Source: an uncultured virus (IMG/VR IMGVR_UViG_3300036770_004343)
Lineage: Duplodnaviria > Heunggongvirae > Uroviricota > Caudoviricetes
Virus record (IMG/VR): IMGVR_UViG_3300036770_004343
Location: 1-64,000 of that record
Direction: 5' to 3' (one strand)
DNA: 64,000 nt
A program made the translations under genes and the position numbers. The stretch's first letter is position 1, and the number at the start of each line of letters is the position of its first letter. The notes below the pieces were generated by a model. The model did no database searches, was not told the origin of the DNA, and saw nothing but the letters and a program-made list of their open reading frames with translations. Of this stretch, positions 35,987 through 46,624 are shown in pieces.

Positions 35987-36507
35987 CTCCAGTTCCTACG
36001 TTGTTTTTTCTTTTCGTGTAAATCCTTCATTATTTCAGATATAGCTTTTTCTTGTGGAGTACGATAATCTGGTTGTTCAGGTTCATCGGTTATATCCAAC
36101 ATATGCAATTTACTGTAATACTTTGGGTCTTTTTTAAGGTTTGCAACAACATTTTGTTTAGCTACCTGTTTATCTTTTAACACCAGTTTTTTCATTTCAT
36201 AATCAATACCAGTGATAATTTCATCTGGGGTGACTTTGTATTTGATTTGACTGACATCTTTAACAAAATCTTCTGGTGGTTGACCAGTATAAGGTCCAAA
36301 TGGAGCTATTTTTTCCATTGAATCTTTTGATCCAGCTGTAATTTTGCTTTTGTCTATTAAAGTGCCAAAGTGGTTGGGATCTTGAGATACATCAGGACTT
36401 GTAAAAGCGGATAAATCAGAAGCACCTGATACTGATCCTCCTTGGTTATATGGAAGACCTTGCATCATTCTGTCGCCGGTATCTCCTAATTCTCGTAATT
36501 TAGACAT
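35983..36507 (-). CDS. DUF5661-like domain protein
   Basis: GIDYEM...NLKKDPKYYSKL, paralogous to the N-module of 34555-35787. Confidence 0.65.
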   Translation of the reverse strand: MSKLRELGDTGDRMMQGLPYNQGGSVSGASDLSAFTSPDVSQDPNHFGTLIDKSKITAGSKDSMEKIAPFGPYTGQPPEDFVKDVSQIKYKVTPDEIITGIDYEMKKLVLKDKQVAKQNVVANLKKDPKYYSKLHMLDITDEPEQPDYRTPQEKAISEIMKDLHEKKKQRRNWS

Positions 36508-36564
36508 ATACTTATAAATATAATCAACTAACTTTTATAGTTATAAATTATATATATAAGTGTT

Positions 36565-37173
36565 ATGATCAGAATGGTAAATGAAATATACGTTACAGAA
36601 TGCATTACGTTTCCTAGATGTGGTCACACTTGGTTAAGCCGAATATTAAAGTATTATTTTAAAAAAGATCTCAATTATTGTGAAATGTACAATAACCCCG
36701 ATTTAATGATCGATGTGAATGAAAATACAAATTTACAAAAAAATCACGATTTTAATTTAAATACGCAAATAAAAGCTGACAGAAAGTATTTGGTACAAAT
36801 AAGAAATAGAGAAGATTGTTTAAATTCTTTCTTCAATTTAGAAGTATTGTCTATAGATAAAAACTATACAAATGAAAATAATACAGTCAAATCACCATAC
36901 AAAAACTTTAGTGATTATGGAAAATATATAAATTGGATAGAAGAAAAAAAATATTTTTATAATCATTTTTTAAACAAATGGGTTTTTAATTATATACCAA
37001 ATTGTAAAATTGTCATATACGAACATCTAAAAAATAATACCTATGACGAAGTACATTCTATACTACAACATATGACAGATAAATCGATTAATGAAGAAAA
37101 TTTAATTGACGCAATTAAATATTCAAATATACCTCATAACAAAAACGAACCTTTTAAGGAATCATATATATAA
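36565..37173 (+). CDS. Sulfotransferase-like P-loop protein
   Basis: TFPRCGHTWL (5'-PSB-like), KNH, IRN--D---S, YE-L. Confidence 0.65.
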   Translation: MIRMVNEIYVTECITFPRCGHTWLSRILKYYFKKDLNYCEMYNNPDLMIDVNENTNLQKNHDFNLNTQIKADRKYLVQIRNREDCLNSFFNLEVLSIDKNYTNENNTVKSPYKNFSDYGKYINWIEEKKYFYNHFLNKWVFNYIPNCKIVIYEHLKNNTYDEVHSILQHMTDKSINEENLIDAIKYSNIPHNKNEPFKESYI

Positions 37174-37176
37174 AAA

Positions 37177-39894
37177 TTATACATACTTGTATTGATGCAT
37201 AATAACTTTTAAGTTGGTTTCTAACATATTCAATCTTTGTTTTTCATTATAACAAAAATCTCCACATCCTGAATAAGAAGAAGGCAACCATCCTACTTTT
37301 TTAAAAGAGTCATCTTTTAATTTATCATATATTCTTATACCAAGACCAAAGTCCCAAGGTCCAACATCATCAACGTGTTCACTTTTATTTAAAATTGTAC
37401 CATATAATTCTTTATTAAAGAACTCACACATTTTTTGAGTATTGTAAAATGTTAAAGCGCCGTTTGTGTAAATGGATATAGGAGCAGCGTGATCAATATT
37501 AATTGACACATTACATTCTTTGGAATAATTATATATATAATCTTGAGACGATTGAAAAAAGTTTCCAATTGCTAACTTAGGCATTCTAATTGCAGGAGTG
37601 CCTGTAATAATTGGCTCGTATGGCCACGATAAATGTTCTTGCCACAATGTATCAAACCAATAGTCTTTGGATATCAAACAATCCCATTCGTAACAAAAAA
37701 AATAATCCCAATTTTTTTCCTTTGCAATCTTTATACCTTCTACAAATGCCCAAAATGCATATTTATCACATTTTCGATACAAACCTGCATGCATTTCTTC
37801 CATTTTATTAAATTTAACATAGTTAAGCCCATTTAACTGTTCATCCGAATACACAACAAATGGTATATCGTGTTTAGATAATTTATAACTATTGATGTTT
37901 TCTATACATTTTTTTATACCATCGTTTATACTGTGTACATAAAAAATAATACCCACTTTTAAATTATTATTTATATGAAGAGTCTTTACCTTATTATACA
38001 TTTTTAAAAAATCACTGGAATTTTCCGTAGATTTTCTTCTTGCAATATCAATTTGAGTGGCACTAGTATTATGACTTATGCATTTTACACATTTTTCTTT
38101 ATAGAATAAAAATAAACCATTGGAATTATTTGTAAACGTAGACCAAATATATAAATCGTTACCAACGACGAATGTAGGTCTTTCATAAAACTCTCTGTCA
38201 TTTCCATGCAAACGTTCCCATTCATTCAAACACAAAAGCAATTTATCTGTAGGAAATACTCCGTGAATAGGAGAAAGAGAATATCCCTGACGAAGAATAA
38301 AATCTTTTATAACGTCTACTTTATATAGACCTGTTTTTAACTCCACATCTAATGTAGTTTCTAACTCCACTTTATTTGTAATAAAATTTTCAACTGATCC
38401 AGTCCAAACTCCAAAATCACAATTTTCATTCAACAGATTTACTGCATTTTTTATCTCAGGTAATACTATATCGTCGTCGTGTAAAATAGTAACCCAATTG
38501 GTAACAACGTTCTTTAAACCTTCTATCCAACACAAATTGTTATTTTTTTCATTTTCAATAACAACAACTTTGTGCTTTTGAGAAAGTTGTTTAGCCCAAT
38601 TTATATATTCTTTATTGGATCCTGATATAACAATAACAATATTATTTATTCCAGCATCAACAATTGATTGATATGATCTTTTACCAAACAAAAGTCTGTC
38701 TCCGTGACACGTTAATAAAACTGTATAGTTATCTAAATTAGATGAACTTTTTGTACGGGGAAATGAAAAAAATTTATCTGTATTAGTCTCGACATAACAT
38801 AATTTTTTATAAGAAAGATCGTCTTTATAATAAGCTACATCTGACATTTTAATAAATCTAGGATCATTATTTTTCCACAATGTAAATCCTGTCAATCTAA
38901 CACCCAATTTTCTATTATCTTCATTTATTTGACCAACACTTTTCTTATCTATTTCGCTTGGGATAAAAACAGAAGATTCAAACTTTATTTCAGATACATT
39001 ATCCAAACTAATTTTAGCAGATAATTTTGAGTCTTTTTTAGCTGTTAAAGTTGTGTAAAGTTTAAAATCACTATCTTGTTTGTTTTTGATATAACATTTT
39101 AATGTAACATCGCATGGCGAATTACATGATTCGAATGATAGAAAATTATATTCGGAATTTTTTATTTTTATAAACGATGTATCTGATGACCATCTCCACG
39201 CATTATTATCTGCTCCTTCTATATTATGCCATCCTCTACCTAAAAGAATATTATCTTCTTCATTTATTTCTACATCATCGTTGATTAATGAAAACAAACA
39301 AGAAAAATGTTCATTATCATCACCAAATACATCAAAATTTACACCGTCTATTCTTTTATTGTTTAATGGAGTATAACCATTTTTTTGCAAAATTTCCCAC
39401 GTGTTTTTGTGTATGCCGTTCTCTACTTCGTCATTAAATCTGCGACCGGATACGATCAATTTCTCGGTCATACCTTTTATATCTTTAAGATACAATGATA
39501 AATCTAATTCGTTGATATGTTGAAAAACCAACGTAGCAAATATAAAATCAAATTTTAAACATTTTAATTGATTCCAATCCGAAATCAATTTTAGATTATT
39601 GTAGTCTTTTACTTTTTTATTATATCGCAATACAGAGTATTCTTCTGCACGTGATATCATTGAACTATTATCATAACCAATTATATTGACGTTTGGGTAA
39701 TTATTAGCAATTGCAAAGATGTTTCTTCCAATACCACATCCAAAATCTAGTATTAGATGTTGATCATTAGATATATAATTATATATAAACTCATCTGGTG
39801 ATACATTATTGACTGATTTGTCTGTTACAATCAATCCCGCCAATTTATCTAAAGTGACATTATTTAGGTTATCCCAGTTGTTGAAATTAAACAT
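37177..39894 (-). CDS. Multidomain SAM methyltransferase / glycosyltransferase fusion
   Basis: LDFGCGIGR, VFQHI; ILHDDD; YEWD. Confidence 0.7.
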   Translation of the reverse strand: MFNFNNWDNLNNVTLDKLAGLIVTDKSVNNVSPDEFIYNYISNDQHLILDFGCGIGRNIFAIANNYPNVNIIGYDNSSMISRAEEYSVLRYNKKVKDYNNLKLISDWNQLKCLKFDFIFATLVFQHINELDLSLYLKDIKGMTEKLIVSGRRFNDEVENGIHKNTWEILQKNGYTPLNNKRIDGVNFDVFGDDNEHFSCLFSLINDDVEINEEDNILLGRGWHNIEGADNNAWRWSSDTSFIKIKNSEYNFLSFESCNSPCDVTLKCYIKNKQDSDFKLYTTLTAKKDSKLSAKISLDNVSEIKFESSVFIPSEIDKKSVGQINEDNRKLGVRLTGFTLWKNNDPRFIKMSDVAYYKDDLSYKKLCYVETNTDKFFSFPRTKSSSNLDNYTVLLTCHGDRLLFGKRSYQSIVDAGINNIVIVISGSNKEYINWAKQLSQKHKVVVIENEKNNNLCWIEGLKNVVTNWVTILHDDDIVLPEIKNAVNLLNENCDFGVWTGSVENFITNKVELETTLDVELKTGLYKVDVIKDFILRQGYSLSPIHGVFPTDKLLLCLNEWERLHGNDREFYERPTFVVGNDLYIWSTFTNNSNGLFLFYKEKCVKCISHNTSATQIDIARRKSTENSSDFLKMYNKVKTLHINNNLKVGIIFYVHSINDGIKKCIENINSYKLSKHDIPFVVYSDEQLNGLNYVKFNKMEEMHAGLYRKCDKYAFWAFVEGIKIAKEKNWDYFFCYEWDCLISKDYWFDTLWQEHLSWPYEPIITGTPAIRMPKLAIGNFFQSSQDYIYNYSKECNVSINIDHAAPISIYTNGALTFYNTQKMCEFFNKELYGTILNKSEHVDDVGPWDFGLGIRIYDKLKDDSFKKVGWLPSSYSGCGDFCYNEKQRLNMLETNLKVIMHQYKYV

Positions 39895-39899
39895 ATTAA

Positions 39900-40856
39900 C
39901 TATTTATTTAACGATTTTATAATTTTAGCAATACAAGCCATAAACGTAATTTCTTTGTCTACAACCATACTACTTTGATATACATATTCTGCGATTTCTA
40001 TAATAATTAATGTTTCTTTACCAACCGCATATTCATTGACTTTGGAATATAGTTCTGTGTAAAGTTCATCAAAAGATTTTGTACCAGCATCCGCAATTAA
40101 CTGTCGGATTTCATTAAAAGACTTAGTGTTTGTCTTACTATTCTTTAGTAATTCAATTAACTTGGTCTTAAGTTCAAAGTTTGCACTTTGATTTTTGATC
40201 AACTTCAAAGTTCCATTTGTAGAACTCTGTTGAATAAAATTCACAATCTTACGAATGTCCGGATAAAAACTATCAACAGAAGTCTTCAAATCAGCAAGTT
40301 CATACTTAATAGATTCTTTATCCAAAATGTTCTTAGTATACAAAGCTACATCCTTTTTAGCAGGAGGTTCGATCTGAAACACTTGACAACGGCTAATCAA
40401 TGGAGAAATAATCTTTTCCACATAATTACAAGTTAAAATAAACCGAGTTGTCTTACTATACGTCTCCATCAAATTGCGAAGTGACGCTTGTGAATTGGTA
40501 GACATATAATCTGATTCATCCAAAATAACAATCTTAAGATCATTAAAACCCATAGCAGATGCAAATGGTCTAATCTTGTCACGAACGAAATCTACACCAG
40601 TGTTATCAGATGCATTAACATACATCACATCACAAGGAATGTTGTTTGTTAAAATCTTTGCAACCGTAGTCTTGCCAGTACCAGCATTACCATAAAACAA
40701 CAAATGTGGAATATCTTTTTTGGAAATAAAATCTTTAAGAATACTTTTAAGTTGTTCATTGCAAATATAATTGTCTAGTACGTTGGGACGATACTTTTCA
40801 GCCCAAAGACTATGTTGTTCTGTATTAACAGACTTCTCTTCTTCAAAAAAACTCAT
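39900..40856 (-). CDS. Clamp loader subunit (RFC-small/gp44-like AAA+)
   Basis: WAEKYRP, GNAGTGKTT, NASD, LDESD, SRC. Confidence 0.93.
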   Translation of the reverse strand: MSFFEEEKSVNTEQHSLWAEKYRPNVLDNYICNEQLKSILKDFISKKDIPHLLFYGNAGTGKTTVAKILTNNIPCDVMYVNASDNTGVDFVRDKIRPFASAMGFNDLKIVILDESDYMSTNSQASLRNLMETYSKTTRFILTCNYVEKIISPLISRCQVFQIEPPAKKDVALYTKNILDKESIKYELADLKTSVDSFYPDIRKIVNFIQQSSTNGTLKLIKNQSANFELKTKLIELLKNSKTNTKSFNEIRQLIADAGTKSFDELYTELYSKVNEYAVGKETLIIIEIAEYVYQSSMVVDKEITFMACIAKIIKSLNK

Positions 40857-40864
40857 AATAGATA

Positions 40865-41602
40865 TTAATCTACGCTCTTGATGTCAATTAGATAATAAGA
40901 ACTGTTAAACAACTCGTTGTTAAACTCAACGTGCGCAATACCAGCATCACTGATCTTTAGTACAGCATTTTCACAATCACCGTTACTAGTGAGAATTTCT
41001 TTTAGATACTTAGCACTAAAGTGAATAGTCTTACCAAGACTATCTTTTCCGTCAACTGGTTTAACATCAATATTAATACGATTACTATTAACACTGCTGT
41101 ATCCAATAGTTAGCTTGATTTTATCCTTCTTGTCTTTTGTAAAAGTCATAGTATCAACATCGCTCAAAGCACTCTTTGCTTTTACAAATGTTGTTACAAA
41201 CTCTTTTGTAAGAGGAATTTCCAAGTTAAATGGAGGCAACTTCTTAAGATCAGGTACCTTTGGAATAACACTAAGATCCGCAGTAACATACTGTACATCA
41301 GTACTTTCACTGTTTAGTGATAGTGATACAATCTTTTCATCTCGTTTGTTAAACGTAATGTTTACATCATCTGTAAGTACACCAAGCAACTTCTTGAGTT
41401 TTGCAGTATCATTGATACCAATCTCAGCTTCAGACAAACCAGCGTCGTCTTTGATAGACACATAACTTACCACGTTTTTGTCATCACTGATAGATGATGT
41501 TTTGATCTGCTTGTTTTTGTTGTCAACGACCCACTTTACACTTTCAATGGTACCGTTGAGTGAATATTTGTCAATAAATGTATTTAATACTTGTTTCTTC
41601 AT
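40865..41602 (-). CDS. Sliding clamp (gp45-like)
   Basis: Size, beta/alpha pattern, position between the loader and polymerase. Confidence 0.7.
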   Translation of the reverse strand: MKKQVLNTFIDKYSLNGTIESVKWVVDNKNKQIKTSSISDDKNVVSYVSIKDDAGLSEAEIGINDTAKLKKLLGVLTDDVNITFNKRDEKIVSLSLNSESTDVQYVTADLSVIPKVPDLKKLPPFNLEIPLTKEFVTTFVKAKSALSDVDTMTFTKDKKDKIKLTIGYSSVNSNRINIDVKPVDGKDSLGKTIHFSAKYLKEILTSNGDCENAVLKISDAGIAHVEFNNELFNSSYYLIDIKSVD

Positions 41603-41610
41603 ACGCTATA

Positions 41611-41639
41611 ATGTTAACCGATACCAGCTTGTTTGTCAA
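41611..41639 (-). promoter_or_regulatory. sigma70-type promoter
   Basis: TTGACA-N17-TAACAT. Confidence 0.6.
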
Positions 41640-42043
41640 TTGTTGAATTCGAAAAATAACCCCACGTTTTCATTGGACTGATTTCTTTCAGACAGACATC
41701 TTATATTATTTACGAATAATTCAGATGGCGAAATATAAAATGATCCTATTTTATAATCTGCATATGCTACTGTACGCATTTGGTAATATACTTTTACGTT
41801 ACTATCATCGTTTGTTCTAAACTCAATATAATATACTTTTGGATCGCTTAATCTATATAATTGATTTTTGGGAATAAACAATTTGTCGCATAGTATTTGA
41901 TTGGTTGTAAATTCAATATATGGACCCCGTTGTCCAATAACAACACGTTCGTACTTATTTGCAATTACAGTATTAAGACTTGTTTTAAACTCCAAACTAC
42001 ATCCTTCTTCAGGTATAGTCAATAACTCACTATATTTTTTCAT
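41636..42043 (-). CDS. Conserved hypothetical protein in the replication module
   Basis: YERVVIGQRGPYIE...YYQ-RTV-YADYK. Confidence 0.65.
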   Translation of the reverse strand: MKKYSELLTIPEEGCSLEFKTSLNTVIANKYERVVIGQRGPYIEFTTNQILCDKLFIPKNQLYRLSDPKVYYIEFRTNDDSNVKVYYQMRTVAYADYKIGSFYISPSELFVNNIRCLSERNQSNENVGLFFEFNN

Positions 42044-42048
42044 AACTT

Positions 42049-44700
42049 TTAAAAACTAAAGAATTCTCCCAATTTAACATCTGTCTCATTAGGATAATCC
42101 CAATTTAACACATTGTAGAAGTCCAATAATTTACCTTTGAGTTCTTGTTCATACATAGCATTTCTATCTACATACTGTTCAATAAACTCCATAATACGAT
42201 CTGGATCAGTACCATCTGCTTTCATAGCAATACCGTCAATACCATATTGATTTTGTTTTAGATATACCCACTTGATCTTTTGACCGTGGAAGATCTCTGG
42301 TACTTCTTTGTCCAACTTCCAAGTCTTCAACAAATCATTATAAGCCAAAGCAGCCTTAGCTTGTGCTGGAGTGCCATCCATAAACTGAAATGGATGTCTT
42401 GTCTTTGGATTGTAATCATTATCGCCATTTTGACTCTTAAACTTTACACTGGTATTCTTAGCAATCTCAATAACTGGATAATTCGACATATTATCTTTGA
42501 ATTCAAGAATACTAGCATCAATCTGTTCTTTTGGAAGTTTACGCAACATATCATCCAAGAATTTTTGCATAAACTTACGAAAACGAATCGGGAATGAAGT
42601 ACGAACTACGTCAATACCCTTTACTTCCATTTCATCACACTCAATACCAGCTTTGTTGATGATAAACTGAGCATATCTCTTCTTAGCCAACCAGAAACTG
42701 GTCTTTGCAATAACTTCTTGTTTTGCATCAAAACGATGTTTCTCAATATTGAAGTATCGTTTTGCCATTACATCATAGAACTTATTAACAAATGATTGTA
42801 CATCACCAGTTACTTTTAGAATAGCCTCAGTCATTGCCTTTTCATCATTTAGATCAATGTCAGGCATATTCTTTTTGATGATAGGTAATGCACTAGCAAA
42901 ACAACTATCTGTATCTGTATAGATAACCCAATCTCCATCTTTCTCATTCAATGAACGTTTGAAACACTCATTGATAGCTTTACCAGTAGATTTGATAATA
43001 TCTTGACCAGTTATGGTAACAGCACTCGCGTTATCCTTGTCATAAAATCTAAAGATCGGTAGACCCAATACACCATAGATTGAATTAAGTAATACTTTTT
43101 GTACTTTTTGACGACCATCATAAAATTCATATTTTTCCCATTCTTTTACATCTGCATGCTTCTTAGCTAGTTTCCGAAGATCTTTACGTTCATCGAACCA
43201 CTTTACTAGAATTTCCGGAATAACACCAGTCTTGTCTTTTTTACACAATACACCATTACTAGCAATACTTAAATTGCTTTGAGTAACCAATTGTTTAAAT
43301 TCTTCATTGGTATAAACAGTTGATCCCACGTGATATTTGCCAATCTTGTCTTGAGCAAACAAACGAGCATTAAATGCGTATAATCGTTGTTCAAGATATT
43401 GATTAAATGGAGTTTTCTTCTGAGCGCCATCACTTAGGTTTTCATAGTCTTCACGAATTTCCTTGGTTCGATCATCAATATAACAATCATCATATTCGAT
43501 CTTATTAATAACCGCTACTTTAGTTTCAGGTGATAAGTTAAGACTGATGATGATATTCGGATACATTGATGTAAGGTCCAAGTCAAACACCCAGTCATAA
43601 CGACCGGGAGTAGGAGCTTTAACATAAGCACCTTCAAAGCCTTGCTCATTGTCTTCCATCTGAGTCTCATATTCATCACGACCTTCCAATGATTTATTTT
43701 TAGCAACTTGTCCTTTACGACGAAGATACATAAGAATAGCACCCTCAATGAATCGGGAACTCATTTCATACCACTCGTATGGAACGTGACCCTTATGACA
43801 AATAGCCCTAGCCAATTCAATAAACTGTAACTTCTTTTCCAATGCAACAATGATTTGTACGTCGTTCAAGTTATATTCAATATACTTCTGAATATCAGCT
43901 TTGTATAAATCATCCAAACTACCCTTATAGGTAATCTTTTCCATACCCACAATCTTTTTACCAATAGCTCCGAGAGCATAACTTGCTTCTTGTTTGATAT
44001 TGAGCTTCTTGTAAAGAGTCATATAATCCAAATGAGTTACTCCAGCTACAATAACTTTCTTATTCCAGTCATTGACATAAGCAACTCCAATAGGACTCAT
44101 TCGTTTTGCATTATTTGCACCAATAGTATTCTTGATACGACGATACAAGTAAGGCATGTCAAAGTTATCACTATTCCATCCAGTACTAATAGTTGGTTGA
44201 ATTTCTTCCCACTTGGTTAGAAAATGCATCAACAAACTACTTTCTTCTGTGAAACTCAACACTTCTACATTGTCTTTGGAGAAATCTTTTAACTTATATT
44301 CTTTATCAAGAATGAAAGCGGTATACTTTGCTGTTACACTATCATAGATAGCAATAGCTGTGATTTCTTTGTCTGCTTCGTCTACGTTTGGAAATCCACC
44401 TTCAGTACTAACCTCAATATCCAGATAAACAACACGATGTCCTTCAGATGGTTCGTCGCTATCTTCATAAGCATCAATTAAAATACGAGTTTCCGCTGGA
44501 ACGTCACTTTCAAATAAAGATGGATCTTTTGGATTGAATTTATAAACTTTTTCCAATTCATCGCCATATATACTACGATACATTCCACCTTCACGTTTGC
44601 GATAAGCGTATGGACGATAAGGAACAGTTACATATCCCTTTTTATCATCCCACAAATGAACAATATTGTCTTTCTTTGAAACAAAAATATTTTGATACAT
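42049..44700 (-). CDS. Family B DNA polymerase
   Basis: Exo DIE, WN--NFD, YNLND; Pol DLTSMYP, KVLLNSIYG, YTDTDS, KKRY. Confidence 0.97.
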   Translation of the reverse strand: MYQNIFVSKKDNIVHLWDDKKGYVTVPYRPYAYRKREGGMYRSIYGDELEKVYKFNPKDPSLFESDVPAETRILIDAYEDSDEPSEGHRVVYLDIEVSTEGGFPNVDEADKEITAIAIYDSVTAKYTAFILDKEYKLKDFSKDNVEVLSFTEESSLLMHFLTKWEEIQPTISTGWNSDNFDMPYLYRRIKNTIGANNAKRMSPIGVAYVNDWNKKVIVAGVTHLDYMTLYKKLNIKQEASYALGAIGKKIVGMEKITYKGSLDDLYKADIQKYIEYNLNDVQIIVALEKKLQFIELARAICHKGHVPYEWYEMSSRFIEGAILMYLRRKGQVAKNKSLEGRDEYETQMEDNEQGFEGAYVKAPTPGRYDWVFDLDLTSMYPNIIISLNLSPETKVAVINKIEYDDCYIDDRTKEIREDYENLSDGAQKKTPFNQYLEQRLYAFNARLFAQDKIGKYHVGSTVYTNEEFKQLVTQSNLSIASNGVLCKKDKTGVIPEILVKWFDERKDLRKLAKKHADVKEWEKYEFYDGRQKVQKVLLNSIYGVLGLPIFRFYDKDNASAVTITGQDIIKSTGKAINECFKRSLNEKDGDWVIYTDTDSCFASALPIIKKNMPDIDLNDEKAMTEAILKVTGDVQSFVNKFYDVMAKRYFNIEKHRFDAKQEVIAKTSFWLAKKRYAQFIINKAGIECDEMEVKGIDVVRTSFPIRFRKFMQKFLDDMLRKLPKEQIDASILEFKDNMSNYPVIEIAKNTSVKFKSQNGDNDYNPKTRHPFQFMDGTPAQAKAALAYNDLLKTWKLDKEVPEIFHGQKIKWVYLKQNQYGIDGIAMKADGTDPDRIMEFIEQYVDRNAMYEQELKGKLLDFYNVLNWDYPNETDVKLGEFFSF

Positions 44701-44707
44701 ACCATTA

Positions 44708-44935
44708 CTATACCTTCAACTTATTCACAAGTCCAGTAAAAACCGAATGATGTTCTTCTTTTACATACTGCGCACATTGTAGTAATCGGTCCATCAATTT
44801 TTTGTGTTTAATAGCAACAAACAACGATGGTTCCAATTCTATACCCGCTAATACTGATGGGTTTACTTTATTAACGCAAAACCATAGCATTGCCAATTCG
44901 TCTTCTGTTAAAGAATCTAAGTGATCTAATTTCAT
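44708..44935 (-). CDS. Hypothetical protein
   Basis: 75 aa. Confidence 0.6.
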   Translation of the reverse strand: MKLDHLDSLTEDELAMLWFCVNKVNPSVLAGIELEPSLFVAIKHKKLMDRLLQCAQYVKEEHHSVFTGLVNKLKV

Positions 44936-45666
44936 TTTAATTTAAAACCAAAAATATTTTGACCGTAATTTACAAATAATGTGTTATCCAACTTGGATTT
45001 CAAAGATTGAATGGATTTGGTATGAGCTTCTTTTTCTTCATCTTCCACTTCTTTTATACTAAAGCTATTTCCCAATTTAGTAACAGTAGCTTCTCTTGGA
45101 TTTAGTATAACTTGTGGGGTTACTACCAAATAATCTCCTTCTTTTAAATCTTTCTTTTTCTTGGATTTGTTATCCAATACTGTAATGTTACCGCCAACAA
45201 CATACAACTGAGTATACTTATCGCTTGATTTTAAGAAGAAACTTGTTTTATTAAATACAATTGAACACAATGAAGTTAAAATTGTGTTGGTAGGACCACT
45301 TTCACTTACACAGTATAACTCTCCGTTACTAGTGAAGTTAAACAAAGAGTCTTTTATTGCAATAACAGATGGCAACTTAAAGTCATTGTTGTATTCAGTT
45401 GATGTTTGATTAAAATAGGTACTGGTGTTTTCTCGTTGATGTATAGCAATTCTATATGGTAACACATATGTAGCAGTGCTATTGGTTTGAGTGTTTACAT
45501 TCAAACTGTTTGTAAGTGTAAAGGTATTACCAATTTGGACGTTTAATATACTAAGTTTATTGTTGATAACCTCGGTTATTTCAATTTGTTCGTGTGTATC
45601 GTAAAGATATAGATCATTTGCGACTATATCGACCGACATTAATAGGGTTAATAATATTTTGTTCAT
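44932..45666 (-). CDS. Hypothetical beta-rich protein with a possible signal peptide
   Basis: MNKILLTLLMS...; beta-strand periodicity. Confidence 0.55.
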   Translation of the reverse strand: MNKILLTLLMSVDIVANDLYLYDTHEQIEITEVINNKLSILNVQIGNTFTLTNSLNVNTQTNSTATYVLPYRIAIHQRENTSTYFNQTSTEYNNDFKLPSVIAIKDSLFNFTSNGELYCVSESGPTNTILTSLCSIVFNKTSFFLKSSDKYTQLYVVGGNITVLDNKSKKKKDLKEGDYLVVTPQVILNPREATVTKLGNSFSIKEVEDEEKEAHTKSIQSLKSKLDNTLFVNYGQNIFGFKLK

Positions 45667-45689
45667 ATACAATATATAGTTTTTATAAG

Positions 45690-45717
45690 TTGACTTTAAT
45701 TAATTATACATTAAGAT
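45690..45717 (+). promoter_or_regulatory. sigma70-type promoter
   Basis: TTGACT-N16-TAAGAT. Confidence 0.6.
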
Positions 45718-45723
45718 GATAGA

Positions 45724-46614
45724 ATGTCAACTGAGGAACTTAAAGAAATAAAAAAGAAACGAGTCAGCTTTAGCCAATATTCTACATTTTTGAAATGTCC
45801 ACATAAATGGTATTTGGATTATGTTAAAAATCTAAGAGTTAAAGATGATAACATTAATACCACATTCGGAACAGCAATTCATCATGCGTTTCAAACATAT
45901 CTTACTTCTCTCTATAAAGAAGGAGTGGGTATTGCTGATTCTTTGGATGTAAAGAAGTTGTTTCTTGATAAGTTCAATGAAGAGATTAAAAAAGTAAAAG
46001 ATGTAAATGAAGAAGAATTTACCGACTTTATTTTCGACGGCAATGATATCATTGATACTTTCTGTAAATCTGCTAATAGATTAAAGTATTTTCCAACCAA
46101 AGACTATGAACTGGTGGGTATTGAAATTCCCTTGGAAATTCCAATTAAGAATAACGTAGAATTCGTTGGGTTTATTGATATCGTTCTAAAAGAAAGAGAC
46201 AAAGAGTACTATCGTATTATTGATTTCAAGACATCTAGCAATGGGTGGAATAGTTATATGAAAGAAGATGTAAGCAAACTTGCGCAATTACATCTGTACA
46301 AAAGTGTTTATAGCAAAAAGTTTAATGTTCCTCTAAATAACATTGAAGTAGAATTTTTCATTGTTAAAAGAAAACTATATGAAAATGCTAGTTTTCCACA
46401 AAGCAGAATTCAGGTATTTAAACCATCTGCGGGTCCAACTATCATCAAAGAGTCGATTAAATCATTTGTTGAGTTTCTTGATTATGGATTTACCCAAGAG
46501 GGAAATTATAACGAAGTAAATGAATATATAAAAGTCCCAGGCAAAGCCAAGAAAAATTGCAAATATTGTATTCATCACAAAACAAACTGTGATGGAAAAG
46601 CAAGTAAATTATAA
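45724..46614 (+). CDS. PD-(D/E)xK Cas4/RecB-like exonuclease
   Basis: SFSQ...CP, GTAIH, E, GFID, IDFKT, QL-LY, CKYC...C. Confidence 0.88.
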   Translation: MSTEELKEIKKKRVSFSQYSTFLKCPHKWYLDYVKNLRVKDDNINTTFGTAIHHAFQTYLTSLYKEGVGIADSLDVKKLFLDKFNEEIKKVKDVNEEEFTDFIFDGNDIIDTFCKSANRLKYFPTKDYELVGIEIPLEIPIKNNVEFVGFIDIVLKERDKEYYRIIDFKTSSNGWNSYMKEDVSKLAQLHLYKSVYSKKFNVPLNNIEVEFFIVKRKLYENASFPQSRIQVFKPSAGPTIIKESIKSFVEFLDYGFTQEGNYNEVNEYIKVPGKAKKNCKYCIHHKTNCDGKASKL

Positions 46615-46624
46615 TTAATAGTAA

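Noticed and set aside
42049..44700. Intein or intron in the DNA polymerase
   Set aside because: Normal length, contiguous motifs and no intein terminal signatures
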